Shown here in pieces: positions 1-9,667 of a DNA stretch of 41,352 bases (its first letter is position 1; each line of letters starts with the position of its first letter). The stretch comes from Nitrospinota bacterium (GTDB lineage Bacteria; Nitrospinota; Nitrospinia; Nitrospinales; VA-1). The stretch lies in the NCBI GenBank assembly GCA_038108555.1, contig JAYNIA010000017.1, positions 1 through 41,352 on the forward strand, given 5' to 3'. The translations under genes were made by a program, and so were the position numbers. The notes under the pieces are model-generated. The model did not search any database. It was given only the letters and a program-made list of their open reading frames with translations, and was not told where the DNA came from.

Positions 1-335
1 ATCGATTCCAAATCCTGGCGGATTTCCTCTTTCCACTCCACAAAGTTTTCCCGATCAAAGGCAATAGCTAATTGAGTTTCTTTTTTCTTATTTTGTTTCA
101 ATTTTTTCCTTGCCCCGGCAACCGTAAACTTTTCTGCATACAATAATTGCTTGATCTCAAAAATCAGCTCCACATCCCTTTTTTGATACAACCGTTGACC
201 GGATTTATTCTTTTTGGGTTTGAGGGATTCAATTTCCTCTTCCCAGTACCTTAGAACATGCTGCTCAATACCGGTCAATTCCGCGACTTCACCTATTTTA
301 AAGAATAATTTATCAGGAATCGGAGGGGTTTTCAT
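1..335 (-). CDS. MerR-family HTH transcriptional regulator (3' end runs off the window)
   Basis: Not in the ORF track. Hand translation from ATG at 335 gives [79 protein letters not shown]..., open to position 1. It has the MerR motifs IGEVA, LRYWE and GQRLY, and the usual position just downstream of ihfA (23-nt overlap). Confidence 0.93.
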   Translation of the reverse strand, partial: MKTPPIPDKLFFKIGEVAELTGIEQHVLRYWEEEIESLKPKKNKSGQRLYQKRDVELIFEIKQLLYAEKFTVAGARKKLKQNKKKETQLAIAFDRENFVEWKEEIRQDLES

Positions 336-648
336 GTGACTGATTGGTTGAAGCCAGGAGTTGCTTGCTGGGTTTAAAGGTTAAAACAGTTCGGGGACTG
401 ATTCGTATGGACTCACCGGTTTTAGGGTTCCGCGCATTGCGGGCATTTTTTTTCCTTAATATAAAACTTGCAAACCGTGATATCCGAACATTTTCCCCCT
501 GGGCCAAACGGCTCTTGATTTCATCAAACAAAATATCAACAGCTTGAGCGGCCTCCTGTCTCGTGAACCCGACCTTTTCATAGACAAGATCGACAATATC
601 GGCTTTTACAAGAGTCCCATTTGAATCTGCTTTATTCAATATACCCAC
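313..648 (-). CDS. ihfA: Integration host factor subunit alpha
   Basis: HU/IHF signature (KADIV...[38 protein letters not shown]) and ihfA-merR synteny; GTG start. Confidence 0.9.
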   Translation of the reverse strand: MGILNKADSNGTLVKADIVDLVYEKVGFTRQEAAQAVDILFDEIKSRLAQGENVRISRFASFILRKKNARNARNPKTGESIRISPRTVLTFKPSKQLLASTNQSHENPSDS

Positions 649-691
649 CTATTAAGGAAGATCAAAATATAATTTATATTGGAACAAAAAG

Positions 692-2782
692 TTAATGCGT
701 CTCTTCATAGTTCTTGTTGGCTTCATCTATAATTTTTTTCATCAGATGATCCGGAACATCTTCATAGTGGTCAAATTCCATGACAAACATTCCCCGGCCT
801 CCCGTCATTGAAGTCAGGTCGGCAGCATAGTTTAAAACCTCCGCCATGGGAACATGGGCGCGAATCGTCTGCACATCTTCTCCGGGTTCAATTCCCTGAA
901 TCTTTCCCCGTTTGGCATTCAGGTCGCCCATCACATCACCCACCTGGTCATTTGGAACCACAATCTCCATATTCATGACCGGTTCAATAAGAATGGGTTT
1001 GCATTCGGGTATTCCCTTTTTGAACCCGAGGGAACCGGCAATTTTAAAAGCCATTTCCGAGGAGTCCACATTATGATAGGAACCATCGTAAAGACTCACC
1101 TTCACATCCACCATGGGGTAATGGGCTATAATCCCACCAGCCATGGCTTCCTGAATTCCCTTTTCAACCGCCGGAATGTAGGTTTTGGGAATGGCTCCCC
1201 CCACGATCTTGTTCTCAAAAACAAACCCTTCTCCTCTTTTTAAGGGAGAAATTTCTATCCAAGTATCACCAAACTGCCCCTTACCCCCGGTCTGCTTTTT
1301 GTATTTCCCCTGAACCTTAGTGGTTCCTTTTATCGCTTCACGATATGGGATTTGTGGTGCCTTTACATCCACTTCAACTCCAAACCGGGCTTTTAATTTT
1401 TCCAATGCAACATCAAAATGAACTTGGCCAAGACCTGAAATCAGCAATTCCCCGGTCTGCGAATTTCTTTCAACCTTCAGAGTGGGATCTTCTTCCGTCA
1501 GCCTTTGCAGAGCCTGACTTATTTTTTCCTCATCCGCACGAGTTTTGGGTAGCAATGCCCTTGAAAAGACCGGTAAAGGAAAATGGATTGGAGGGAAAAT
1601 AACCTTTTCCTCGGTATCCGAGAAAGTATCTCCCGTGACCGTTTGTTTTAATTTGGCAACCGTCCCTATCTCACCCGCAGGCACTTCAGGTACAGGAACC
1701 TGCGTTTTTCCCTGCAACATATAAAGTTGACCCACGCGCTCCGAAACTCCCCGAGAGGTGTTGAATATTGACGAGTCCCCTTTTACCGTACCTGAAAATG
1801 TTCTAAAAAGAGTCAGCTTCCCGGCATATGGGTCCGCCACTGTTTTAAACACTAATGCCGATGCTGGGTCCGTTCCACCTGCAGAGCGACTTAGTTCTGA
1901 ATCATCATCCGATTTTTTGGCCGTGACCGGAGCCCGGTTGTCAGGAGAAGGCAGATATTTCACAGCCGCCTGCAATAAAAGATCAACACCAATATTTTCC
2001 GTTGCAGAACCACATAAGACCGGAATCAATTGCCCCTGTTGAATCCCCTCTTTCAGTCCTCTTGAAAATTCTTCTTCAGTAAGTTCGCCACTTTCGAGAT
2101 ATTTTTCTATCAATTCATCATCCACCTCGGCCACGGCTTCCATCAGTTCGGCATGGCTGAGTTCCATTTCGTCCAAGAGATCTGAAGGCACGTCCCCCTG
2201 TTTGCCTTTGCCATCTCCCCCTTTATTGTAGGCAAAATATTTATTCTCAATCAGGTCAACAATCCCTGAGAAATTCTCCCCATTTCCCTGTGGCAAATGA
2301 ATAAAAATGGGTGTTTTTTTGAATTTACTTTTAATGGCATCAATAACCGGAGCGGTATTGGCCCGTTCATGATCCATTTTATTCAAGAAAATGATTCGGG
2401 GCAGCTCCAGTTCATCTGCCCATTTCCAGATTTTTTCTGTATAAAACTGTACTCCCTCGGTGGCACTTATAACAAATACCAAACCATCAACCACCCTTAA
2501 AACCGCTGGAGTATCTGAAATAAAATTACTGCTGCCTGGAGTATCAAGAAGATTTAATTTTTTAGAATTAAAATCACAAAATGCGATAGAAGAGCTTATG
2601 GAGTGACCGCGTTTAATTTCATCCGGGTCGTTGTCCATAATTGAAGAAGCATCGCCTACTTTTCCCAAACGATCGGAAACGCCTGTAAGATATAAGATCG
2701 ATTCTGCCAGTGAAGTTTTTCCTGACCCCCCGTGCCCCACCAACCCAATATTCCGGATATCCTGAAGTTTGTATTGTTTCAT
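692..2782 (-). CDS. fusA: Elongation factor G paralog (EF-G2 / EF-G-like), about 696 aa
   Basis: EF-G layout: GHGGSGKTS, DTPG, NKMD, KQTGGKGQF, SYHNVDSS, PILIEP, VPMAEV. Start placed at ATG 2782 (MKQYKLQ, preceded by GAGG) rather than the TTG at 2884. G-motifs diverge from canonical EF-G and the gene is not in an rpsL-rpsG-tuf context. Confidence 0.9.
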   Translation of the reverse strand: MKQYKLQDIRNIGLVGHGGSGKTSLAESILYLTGVSDRLGKVGDASSIMDNDPDEIKRGHSISSSIAFCDFNSKKLNLLDTPGSSNFISDTPAVLRVVDGLVFVISATEGVQFYTEKIWKWADELELPRIIFLNKMDHERANTAPVIDAIKSKFKKTPIFIHLPQGNGENFSGIVDLIENKYFAYNKGGDGKGKQGDVPSDLLDEMELSHAELMEAVAEVDDELIEKYLESGELTEEEFSRGLKEGIQQGQLIPVLCGSATENIGVDLLLQAAVKYLPSPDNRAPVTAKKSDDDSELSRSAGGTDPASALVFKTVADPYAGKLTLFRTFSGTVKGDSSIFNTSRGVSERVGQLYMLQGKTQVPVPEVPAGEIGTVAKLKQTVTGDTFSDTEEKVIFPPIHFPLPVFSRALLPKTRADEEKISQALQRLTEEDPTLKVERNSQTGELLISGLGQVHFDVALEKLKARFGVEVDVKAPQIPYREAIKGTTKVQGKYKKQTGGKGQFGDTWIEISPLKRGEGFVFENKIVGGAIPKTYIPAVEKGIQEAMAGGIIAHYPMVDVKVSLYDGSYHNVDSSEMAFKIAGSLGFKKGIPECKPILIEPVMNMEIVVPNDQVGDVMGDLNAKRGKIQGIEPGEDVQTIRAHVPMAEVLNYAADLTSMTGGRGMFVMEFDHYEDVPDHLMKKIIDEANKNYEETH

Positions 2783-2954
2783 ATTTCCTCGCTTGGTAAA
2801 TGTTGCAACCTTCTCAACAGGAATTAAAACACCACAAAAAATCTGAATCCAATATGTCCCTAACCATTCCAAACTTCCAGGCAAATGTCAAAGGTTTATA
2901 AGATAGGAGAGCATAAAAAAATCGATTAAATTTAGGAACTTAGGGGAAGAAAGG

Positions 2955-2990
2955 GAAAAGAAAATCCGACTCGGACGTGAGTTTCCGAGT
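2955..2990 (-). terminator. Possible intrinsic terminator downstream of der
   Basis: Perfect 7-bp inverted repeat ACTCGGA (2969-2975) / TCCGAGT (2984-2990) with an 8-nt loop. On the minus strand it is followed by CGGA and then TTTTCTTTT, so the U-tract is offset from the stem. Confidence 0.4.
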
Positions 2991-3084
2991 TACACAATTC
3001 ATTTTATTGAGGTTAAAGCAAATATCACCTAAAAATTTCTTGTGAACAGGTAATCTGGTATTTTTTAGTGACTCAATCCAGTAA

Positions 3085-4407
3085 TCAGGATTCTTCTTTT
3101 TTTGCAGATAAAATTAACCGAACCGGGGTTCCCATCAACCCAAATGTTTTTCGGATACTGTTTACCAAATAACGCCGGTAGGAAAAGTGGATGGATTCAG
3201 GATAATTCAGAAAGCATTTGAAGGTGGGCGGCTTGCTTTTAATTTGGGTGGCATAAAACATTTTTAAGAACTTTCCACGGAAACTACTCATGGGGTTTTT
3301 TTGAATCGCTTTTTCAAAACAATCATTCAAAGGGCCGGTCGAAATCCTTCGGGAATACTCTTCAAATACTTTTTCTACCTTCGGCAATATTTTATCCACA
3401 CGCATCCCCGATTTTGCCGATACCGTTAATATAGGAGCGAACTCCAGGAATTTAAGTTTGTGACGAACCCTGTCTTCAAATTCCTCGAACGTTATTTCTT
3501 TTTCTCGCATTAAATCCCATTTATTTCCGATAATGACACAGCCTTTTCCTCTATCCAGAGCATAACCCGCGACCGTTGCATCCTGGTCTGTTACCGCCTC
3601 CATAGCGTCCAGCAATAAAATTGCAACATCGCAACGATCCAGGGCTTTTAAGGCCATAATCACACTGAACTTGTCTAACACCTGTTTGGTCTTTCCCTTC
3701 CTGCGAATTCCGGCAGTGTCTATTAGAACAAACTCCTGATCATTGGCTTTCAGGTAAGTATCAATAGAATCCCGCGTGGTTCCAGGAATATTTGAAACAA
3801 TACAACGGTCCGAATCCAAAAGTTTATTTATTAAAGAGGATTTCCCAACATTGGGTTTTCCAATGACGGCAATTCGAATCGCATTGCTCTCTATTTCCGG
3901 CTCAACAATTTCGGGCAAAAGGTCGGATACCGCGTCCGTCAACTCAAAAACCCCGTGTCCATGCTCGGCTGAAACCGGGAACATTTTTTCCACCCCCAGT
4001 CCGGTAAATTCAGGAAGAATATAATGCTGGGAGGGAGAATCAATTTTGTTAATTGCTACAACAAAGGGCTTGCCAGACTTGCGGATTTCATCAACCATCT
4101 CCTGGTCATGAGGAGTGAGCCCTGCACGGTTATCCACAACAATAATGACACAGTCGGCCTCATTTCTGGCCCATTTCCCCTGCTCCACGACCTGAAGCTC
4201 GATGGGATCCGTTTGGTCGACATCGACTCCACCGGTGTCAACAAACATTACAGAACGGGTACCAAAATCAGCGGTGCCATAAATTCGGTCACGAGTGACC
4301 CCCGGAGTGTCATTGACTATGGCGGACCGACTATGGGTAAGCTTATTGAATAAGGTTGACTTGCCAACGTTTGCTCTGCCAACGATAGCAATAATTGGGG
4401 AGGACAT
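3085..4407 (-). CDS. der: Ribosome biogenesis GTPase Der (EngA)
   Basis: Two tandem G domains (GRANVGKS/DTGG/NKID and GKPNVGKS/DTAG/NKWD) plus the C-terminal KH-like domain. Confidence 0.97.
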   Translation of the reverse strand: MSSPIIAIVGRANVGKSTLFNKLTHSRSAIVNDTPGVTRDRIYGTADFGTRSVMFVDTGGVDVDQTDPIELQVVEQGKWARNEADCVIIVVDNRAGLTPHDQEMVDEIRKSGKPFVVAINKIDSPSQHYILPEFTGLGVEKMFPVSAEHGHGVFELTDAVSDLLPEIVEPEIESNAIRIAVIGKPNVGKSSLINKLLDSDRCIVSNIPGTTRDSIDTYLKANDQEFVLIDTAGIRRKGKTKQVLDKFSVIMALKALDRCDVAILLLDAMEAVTDQDATVAGYALDRGKGCVIIGNKWDLMREKEITFEEFEDRVRHKLKFLEFAPILTVSAKSGMRVDKILPKVEKVFEEYSRRISTGPLNDCFEKAIQKNPMSSFRGKFLKMFYATQIKSKPPTFKCFLNYPESIHFSYRRYLVNSIRKTFGLMGTPVRLILSAKKEES

Positions 4408-4413
4408 TCTAAG

Positions 4414-6009
4414 TTAGATGGATGGTCCTTTATCCTGCAGGTATTTATGAATCCCTTCAGCAATGGAAGACGCCACCCTGTATAAGTATTCAGATTGCGA
4501 AAGCATTTTAGCTTCCCTGCGGTTGGTTAAAAATCCAACTTCCACAAGAATACTGGGCATATCAGCCCCATGGAGGACATAGAAGGGGCCTTCTTTAACC
4601 CCAAGGTTTTTCTGGTAACGGTAGGTCTTTCGTGTATTTTGATACAAATTTTCCTGAACACGGCCCGCCAGCCGGGATGAATCATTTATTTTCGTAGTGG
4701 TAATCAGACTGGCAAGGATCTGTTGGACCTGATTATCCTTTACAGATTGCACCAATTCCCCGTTTTCCCGGGCGGCAACTTCCAGAGCCTCCTTATTATG
4801 AGAGGTTCCCAGGAAATATGTCTCTATTCCATGGGCCGATTTTCTTTTTGCTGCATTGGCATGAATTGATACAAAAAGGTCCGCATTACGTTTGTTGGAA
4901 ATTTTACTCCTATCTCTCAAAGGAATAAACGTGTCATCCTTCCGGGTCATAACGACACAATATTTATAACGATTTACCAGAAACGTTTTTACATGCCTGG
5001 CAATTTTAAGGTTGATATCTTTCTCTTTTATTCCTGAAGCACTTCTAGCGCCATCATCCTTACCTCCATGACCGGCATCGATGACAATTAAAGGAGAGTT
5101 AGTTTGGCCTCTTCTTAATTTTTTGGGAGTGTATAAATAACCATTACCAAACCCGTCTTTGATTCTAATCCTTTTCTTCGGAGAAACCGGTGGCTTTATA
5201 GAAGCTTTGGCAACTTGCGGTGAAGGATTCGCCCGTGGCGTCTTGCGAATGTTTTTTACAACCCTTTTTTGCCCCTTGCGAGCAACTTGGGTCTTTTGTT
5301 TTTCGCTTTTATTTCCCTGTGCCTTTTTCTTAAACTTTGCAACTATCTTTTTCTTATCCGAGTCAATAACTACAGACGGTGCCTGCTTCAATTTCTGTTT
5401 TTTTGCAATCTTCGCGACTTTCGGCTTGAAGACTTTTGAATCTGATGATTTGGGTCTGGTAACAGTGGCAGTATGATTTTTGTTTGAAACGACTTTGATG
5501 CTTTTGAATTTTTGCAGGGCTTTTTTGGCTTGATCCCCTTTGGGGTAATTATCTGAAATTTTCTTAAATGTTTCAGAAGCAGAAGCCAAACTATTTTTTG
5601 CTAAATATATTTCCCCCACCCGAAACAAGGCATCATCTGAAAGATTCCCCGAAGGATAGTTTTTTAAAACATTTTGATAATGGCGTAATGCCCGATCAAT
5701 ATCTTTGGAGTTTTTTGAAACCGAGTTCAAACCTTCAAATAATTTTCCAGTGGTAAATTCCGCTTTATAGGCCTCTTTACTTTTAGGATAAAGATCGATC
5801 ACTCTGGAAAACATATTTATCGTTTTCATCCAATGGTGTCTGAATTTCTTTTTTTCTTCAGAAGCCATCAGCTGGTAATACGATTTTTGCGCCATGAAAT
5901 ACAAGTCACCGGACGGGCTTGCAAACGCCAAATTTGCCAGAGAAAAAAGAAGTCCGCAAACCAGCAGCACTCTACTAATCTTTGGAATCAAATATTTCAT
6001 AAGAACCAA
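4414..6009 (-). CDS. N-acetylmuramoyl-L-alanine amidase (Amidase_3) with signal peptide, N-terminal TPR-like region and Lys-rich linker
   Basis: Amidase_3 zinc motifs IDAGHGGKD, EK.INL, SIHANA and LVEVGF. N-terminal hydrophobic signal sequence ending AFA. BamD/YbgF-like TPR repeats (YP.S, DDALF, YPKGD). Start may be ATG 6000. Confidence 0.92.
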   Translation of the reverse strand: MVLMKYLIPKISRVLLVCGLLFSLANLAFASPSGDLYFMAQKSYYQLMASEEKKKFRHHWMKTINMFSRVIDLYPKSKEAYKAEFTTGKLFEGLNSVSKNSKDIDRALRHYQNVLKNYPSGNLSDDALFRVGEIYLAKNSLASASETFKKISDNYPKGDQAKKALQKFKSIKVVSNKNHTATVTRPKSSDSKVFKPKVAKIAKKQKLKQAPSVVIDSDKKKIVAKFKKKAQGNKSEKQKTQVARKGQKRVVKNIRKTPRANPSPQVAKASIKPPVSPKKRIRIKDGFGNGYLYTPKKLRRGQTNSPLIVIDAGHGGKDDGARSASGIKEKDINLKIARHVKTFLVNRYKYCVVMTRKDDTFIPLRDRSKISNKRNADLFVSIHANAAKRKSAHGIETYFLGTSHNKEALEVAARENGELVQSVKDNQVQQILASLITTTKINDSSRLAGRVQENLYQNTRKTYRYQKNLGVKEGPFYVLHGADMPSILVEVGFLTNRREAKMLSQSEYLYRVASSIAEGIHKYLQDKGPSI

Positions 6010-6074
6010 ATTATAAAAACCAGACTGGGAAAATACCAGTTAAGTTATTAATTTTATTGAAGTTGTTTGATTTA

Positions 6075-6103
6075 AATATAACATTTCCCCATAACCGGGT
6101 CAA
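6075..6103 (-). promoter_or_regulatory. Sigma70-type promoter for amidase/der
   Basis: Minus strand reads TTGACC (6103-6098), 17-nt spacer, TATATT (6080-6075), with an extended -10 TGn, in the gap upstream of the amidase. Confidence 0.6.
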
Positions 6104-6171
6104 TAGGGCTTTTAATTACTTATCGGCTTTTAAAGAGGCTTTCCATAACCGCAAATTGAGTCCGAAATCCT

Positions 6172-6900
6172 TTATTTTCCCAAAGAAAGCCGATTTGCAA
6201 GATAAGCAGGAAGCCCATTTTTCAAGATTTTGTTTTGGGCTCCGGTCAGGTCATAATCGAACCTCTTAAATTCCACGGTCCGATTATCGGAATCGTACAG
6301 GATAAAGGTGGGCTTGGGATTTCCATCCCGAGGCTGCCCTAAACTCCCATCATTAAAAATGTATCGGTTCTCAGCCTCAATGTCCCATGAGTCCGACACA
6401 TAATCGTTTATCTCTCCTTCAGGAGTTTGCTCCAAAATAACGGGATGATGCGAATGACCCACAAAACAAATGTGTGCATCGAAACTGTCAAAATGCTTTT
6501 TCGCCCCTCTTTTATTAGAAATATAATGCCATCGTTTGGGCTGATAAGGAGAGGCATGCACCCAGTAAATTCCGTCCTCTTCCTTGCCCATAGGCAAGGA
6601 CTCCAGGAATTTTTTATTTTCCGCCGTCAGCTTTTTTTGAGTCCACTCACATGCTTCCAACGCATAGGGATTAAAATAGGAAGTATCGGTTTTCTCGACT
6701 ACAGCAAAATCATGATTTCCTGCCAGAGTAAAATCTGCATATTTCCTGACCCAATCCACACAAGCGTTGGGATCCGCTCCATAACCTACAATATCTCCCA
6801 GGCAGACCAGGCGGTCATGCGGAATGCCTGCGATTTCCTTTTCAAATTGATTTAGAGCTTCGAGGTTACTATGGAGATCTGAAAAGACAATATATCTCAT
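6172..6900 (-). CDS. Calcineurin-like metallophosphoesterase (YfcE/phosphodiesterase family)
   Basis: Motifs SDLHSN, LGDIVGYG, GNHD, HASP, GHSH and GSLGQPRDG. Confidence 0.92.
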   Translation of the reverse strand: MRYIVFSDLHSNLEALNQFEKEIAGIPHDRLVCLGDIVGYGADPNACVDWVRKYADFTLAGNHDFAVVEKTDTSYFNPYALEACEWTQKKLTAENKKFLESLPMGKEEDGIYWVHASPYQPKRWHYISNKRGAKKHFDSFDAHICFVGHSHHPVILEQTPEGEINDYVSDSWDIEAENRYIFNDGSLGQPRDGNPKPTFILYDSDNRTVEFKRFDYDLTGAQNKILKNGLPAYLANRLSLGK

Positions 6901-6910
6901 CTTGCGGTAT

Positions 6911-7324
6911 CTAGGGGAACACCTTGGAATCCTTAAATATCTTATCCAAGATTCCGTTTATGAAATCGGGAGATTCATCGGTTCCAAACTTTTTTGCAAT
7001 TTCCACCGCTTCGTTAATAACCACTTTAGGAGGAGTTGAGGAGCCAAACAAAAGTTCACAAATACCCAGACGAAGAATATTTTTATCAATAACTGCCATT
7101 CGATCAGGCGTCCAGTTGGCACTTATTTTTTCCAGCATTTCATTTACCTCTTTTTCGTGAAGCAAAAGATTTTTTACCAGGGCCTGGGTAAAATTTTGAA
7201 TCTCCTCACTGACATTTGCCCTTTCACAAAAGGGGCCCAACTGTGATTCGGGGTTTTCGGTGTTAAATTCTGTTTGATATAAAAACTTTAAAGCTAATTC
7301 CCTGGCTGCGCGGCGTTTTCCCAT
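6911..7324 (-). CDS. nusB: Transcription antitermination factor NusB
   Basis: RRAARE N-terminus, D.NILRLG, INEAVEIAK.FG and FINGILD; follows ribH. Confidence 0.97.
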   Translation of the reverse strand: MGKRRAARELALKFLYQTEFNTENPESQLGPFCERANVSEEIQNFTQALVKNLLLHEKEVNEMLEKISANWTPDRMAVIDKNILRLGICELLFGSSTPPKVVINEAVEIAKKFGTDESPDFINGILDKIFKDSKVFP

Positions 7325-7332
7325 TTTTCTTC

Positions 7333-7797
7333 CTACAGTTTTTTATACAATGTCGCCATTTCAATGGCGGCCAAAGCAGCTTCTCGACCTTTGTTCGAGG
7401 GCCCCGGGTTCGAACGCGCAACAGCCTGCTCCAAATTTTCTGTTGTCAAAACCCCAAACAAAACAGGAATATTAAACTCCAGTCCCACCTGGCCAATCCC
7501 TCTGCTGGTTTCCTGGCAAATATAATCAAAATGGGAGGTGTCGCCACGTATGACCGCCCCCAGACAAATGATGGCATCAAAACTTTCGGTGTCACATAAC
7601 TTTTTTGCAGCCAGTGGGATTTCGAATGCACCCGGGACTTTAAGGACCTTTAATTCCCCTTCATCGACTCCCGATTCCTTAAGCGCTTCCAAGGCACCAT
7701 TTAAAAGGTTGCTGGTGATAAAATCGTTAAATCGACTGACCACGATTCCAAACCGCAACCCCTTCGCATTGTTATCCCCTTCAATTATCTCAACCAT
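7333..7797 (-). CDS. ribH: 6,7-dimethyl-8-ribityllumazine synthase
   Basis: SRFN, VPGAFEIP, LGAVIRG.T.HFDYI, FGVLT and NKG.EAA motifs. Confidence 0.97.
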   Translation of the reverse strand: MVEIIEGDNNAKGLRFGIVVSRFNDFITSNLLNGALEALKESGVDEGELKVLKVPGAFEIPLAAKKLCDTESFDAIICLGAVIRGDTSHFDYICQETSRGIGQVGLEFNIPVLFGVLTTENLEQAVARSNPGPSNKGREAALAAIEMATLYKKL

Positions 7798-7807
7798 TTT
7801 TGTGGGC

Positions 7808-9019
7808 TCATTTTATATTTTGAAACATGTGGCCCAGTTTTTCCTGCTTGGTACGAAGATATTTCAGGTTATCCTCTTTCGGCTGGACTTCAATAGGAAC
7901 CCGTTCCACCAATTGCAATCCATAACCTTCAAGCCCAACAATCTTTCTGGGATTGTTGGTCATGATTCTAATTTTCCCCAATCCAAGGTTACGAAGAATC
8001 TGAGCCCCAATCCCATAATCTCTTAGATCCGGTTTGAATCCCAATTCCTCATTGGCCTGAACAGTGTCCTTTCCTTCATCCTGCAAAGCATAGGCTTTTA
8101 ATTTATTAACAAGACCAATGCCTCTTCCTTCCTGATACAGGTACAGCAACACCCCTGTCCCCTCTTGCCCAATCATCTCCATAGCTTTATCTAATTGGTC
8201 CCCGCAATCACATCTAAAAGAGCCAAAAACGTCCCCCGTCAAACATTGCGAATGCACTCGAACCAAAGTAGGAACATCTTTATTGATCTCGCCTTTTACC
8301 AGGGCTAAATGAACTTCATCATTTAACAAGTTTTTGAAAACTACAGATTGAAAACTACCATATTGGGTGGGCAGAACTGTGGTAGTGACTTCTTCCACCA
8401 ATGCTTCCTTCATGAGCCGGTATTCCGCTAAATCCTTTACCGTGATCATTTTCAGGCCGTGCTCCTTGACAAACTCAGTCAATTGCGGAACCCGGGCCAT
8501 CGTTCCATCTTCATTCATAATTTCACAGATAACACCATAAGGGTTTAATCCTGCGATCCGGGCAATATCGACAGAAGCTTCGGTTTGTCCCATTCGTACC
8601 AGAACACCACCATCCTTCGCTCTTAAAGGAAAAATATGCCCCGGTTTTACGAGGTCTCCCTTAACAGTTGCCGGGTCAATAGCCACCTGAATGGTATGAG
8701 CCCGGTCTGCGGCTGAAATTCCGGTGCTGATACCATGACGTGCATCAATGGACACCGTGAAGGGAGTTTCAAAAGCTGACTGATTATCTTCAACCATCAT
8801 TGAGAGACCCAAATCCCTGGTTCTCTCCTCTGTCAGGGTCAAACAAACTAATCCCCTTCCAAAGCGAGCCATAAAGTTGATAAGTTCAGGTGTAGCCTTT
8901 TCTGCGGCAATCATCAGATCGCCCTCATTTTCGCGATCTTCATCGTCAACAATGACGATCATTTTCCCCTGCCGCACATCCTCTATAGCTTCTTCTATGG
9001 TACTGAATACTTTTTCCAT
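7808..9019 (-). CDS. ribBA: Bifunctional DHBP synthase / GTP cyclohydrolase II
   Basis: RibB motifs [10 protein letters not shown] and TGISAADR; RibA motifs [29 protein letters not shown] and TNNPRK. Confidence 0.97.
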   Translation of the reverse strand: MEKVFSTIEEAIEDVRQGKMIVIVDDEDRENEGDLMIAAEKATPELINFMARFGRGLVCLTLTEERTRDLGLSMMVEDNQSAFETPFTVSIDARHGISTGISAADRAHTIQVAIDPATVKGDLVKPGHIFPLRAKDGGVLVRMGQTEASVDIARIAGLNPYGVICEIMNEDGTMARVPQLTEFVKEHGLKMITVKDLAEYRLMKEALVEEVTTTVLPTQYGSFQSVVFKNLLNDEVHLALVKGEINKDVPTLVRVHSQCLTGDVFGSFRCDCGDQLDKAMEMIGQEGTGVLLYLYQEGRGIGLVNKLKAYALQDEGKDTVQANEELGFKPDLRDYGIGAQILRNLGLGKIRIMTNNPRKIVGLEGYGLQLVERVPIEVQPKEDNLKYLRTKQEKLGHMFQNIK

Positions 9020-9667
9020 TTATTCTTTCCCCTTCTGCCGCAAAAAATCCAACATCGGCCCCGCAGCATCAGGATTCATCAAAGTTTCACAAGCTTTAAA
9101 AACGTATTTCCCAATCATATCACATTCAATATTTATTAAATCCCCAATTTTCCGTGTACTCAGGTTCGTATGCTCCCAGGTAAATGGAATGATAGAAACA
9201 TTAAACTTATTATCCTTACAATTGAAAACGGTCAAACTAATCCCATCCAAAGCAATGGAACCTTTTTCCATAATGTATGGACTGAGTGGAGCGGGATTCG
9301 AAAATTGAAACAACACCTCTCCCGGCTTTTTCTCAAAATTCAACACCTCACCTACCTGATCCACATGACCGCTGACAAAATGTCCACTGATTTTTGAATT
9401 GGGTGTTAAAGATCTTTCAAGGTTAACCTTGTCACCTACCTTTGAATTTTTAAAACTGGTTTTGCTCAACGTCTCCGTCCCCAAATCCATCCGGAATGTA
9501 GATTCATCAAACTCCACAACGGTTAGACAGACTCCGTTTACCGCAATGCTTTCTCCATCTTCCAAACCTTCAAAGCCAGTTTCCATCTCGACAACCATGG
9601 CGGCACTTTCCTGACCATGATTAAATTCACGTATTGTCCCTAACGATTCAATTATTCCACTGAACAC
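9020..9667 (-). CDS. ribE: Riboflavin synthase (alpha chain)
   Basis: MFSGII N-terminus, SIAVNGVCLTV, GHFVSGHVD and KGSIALDGISLTV. Confidence 0.96.
   Translation of the reverse strand: MFSGIIESLGTIREFNHGQESAAMVVEMETGFEGLEDGESIAVNGVCLTVVEFDESTFRMDLGTETLSKTSFKNSKVGDKVNLERSLTPNSKISGHFVSGHVDQVGEVLNFEKKPGEVLFQFSNPAPLSPYIMEKGSIALDGISLTVFNCKDNKFNVSIIPFTWEHTNLSTRKIGDLINIECDMIGKYVFKACETLMNPDAAGPMLDFLRQKGKE

Noticed and set aside
2783..2884. 34-aa N-terminal extension of EF-G in the ORF track
   Set aside because: EF-G homology starts at MKQYKLQDIRN, and ATG 2782 has a good RBS.
2940..3002. 20-codon minus-strand ORF MNCVTRKLTSESDFLFPFFP upstream of the EF-G paralog, resembling a Phe-rich attenuator leader
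   Set aside because: No RBS. The Phe codons are simply the pyrimidine tract after the hairpin and lie downstream of it, the wrong geometry for attenuation.
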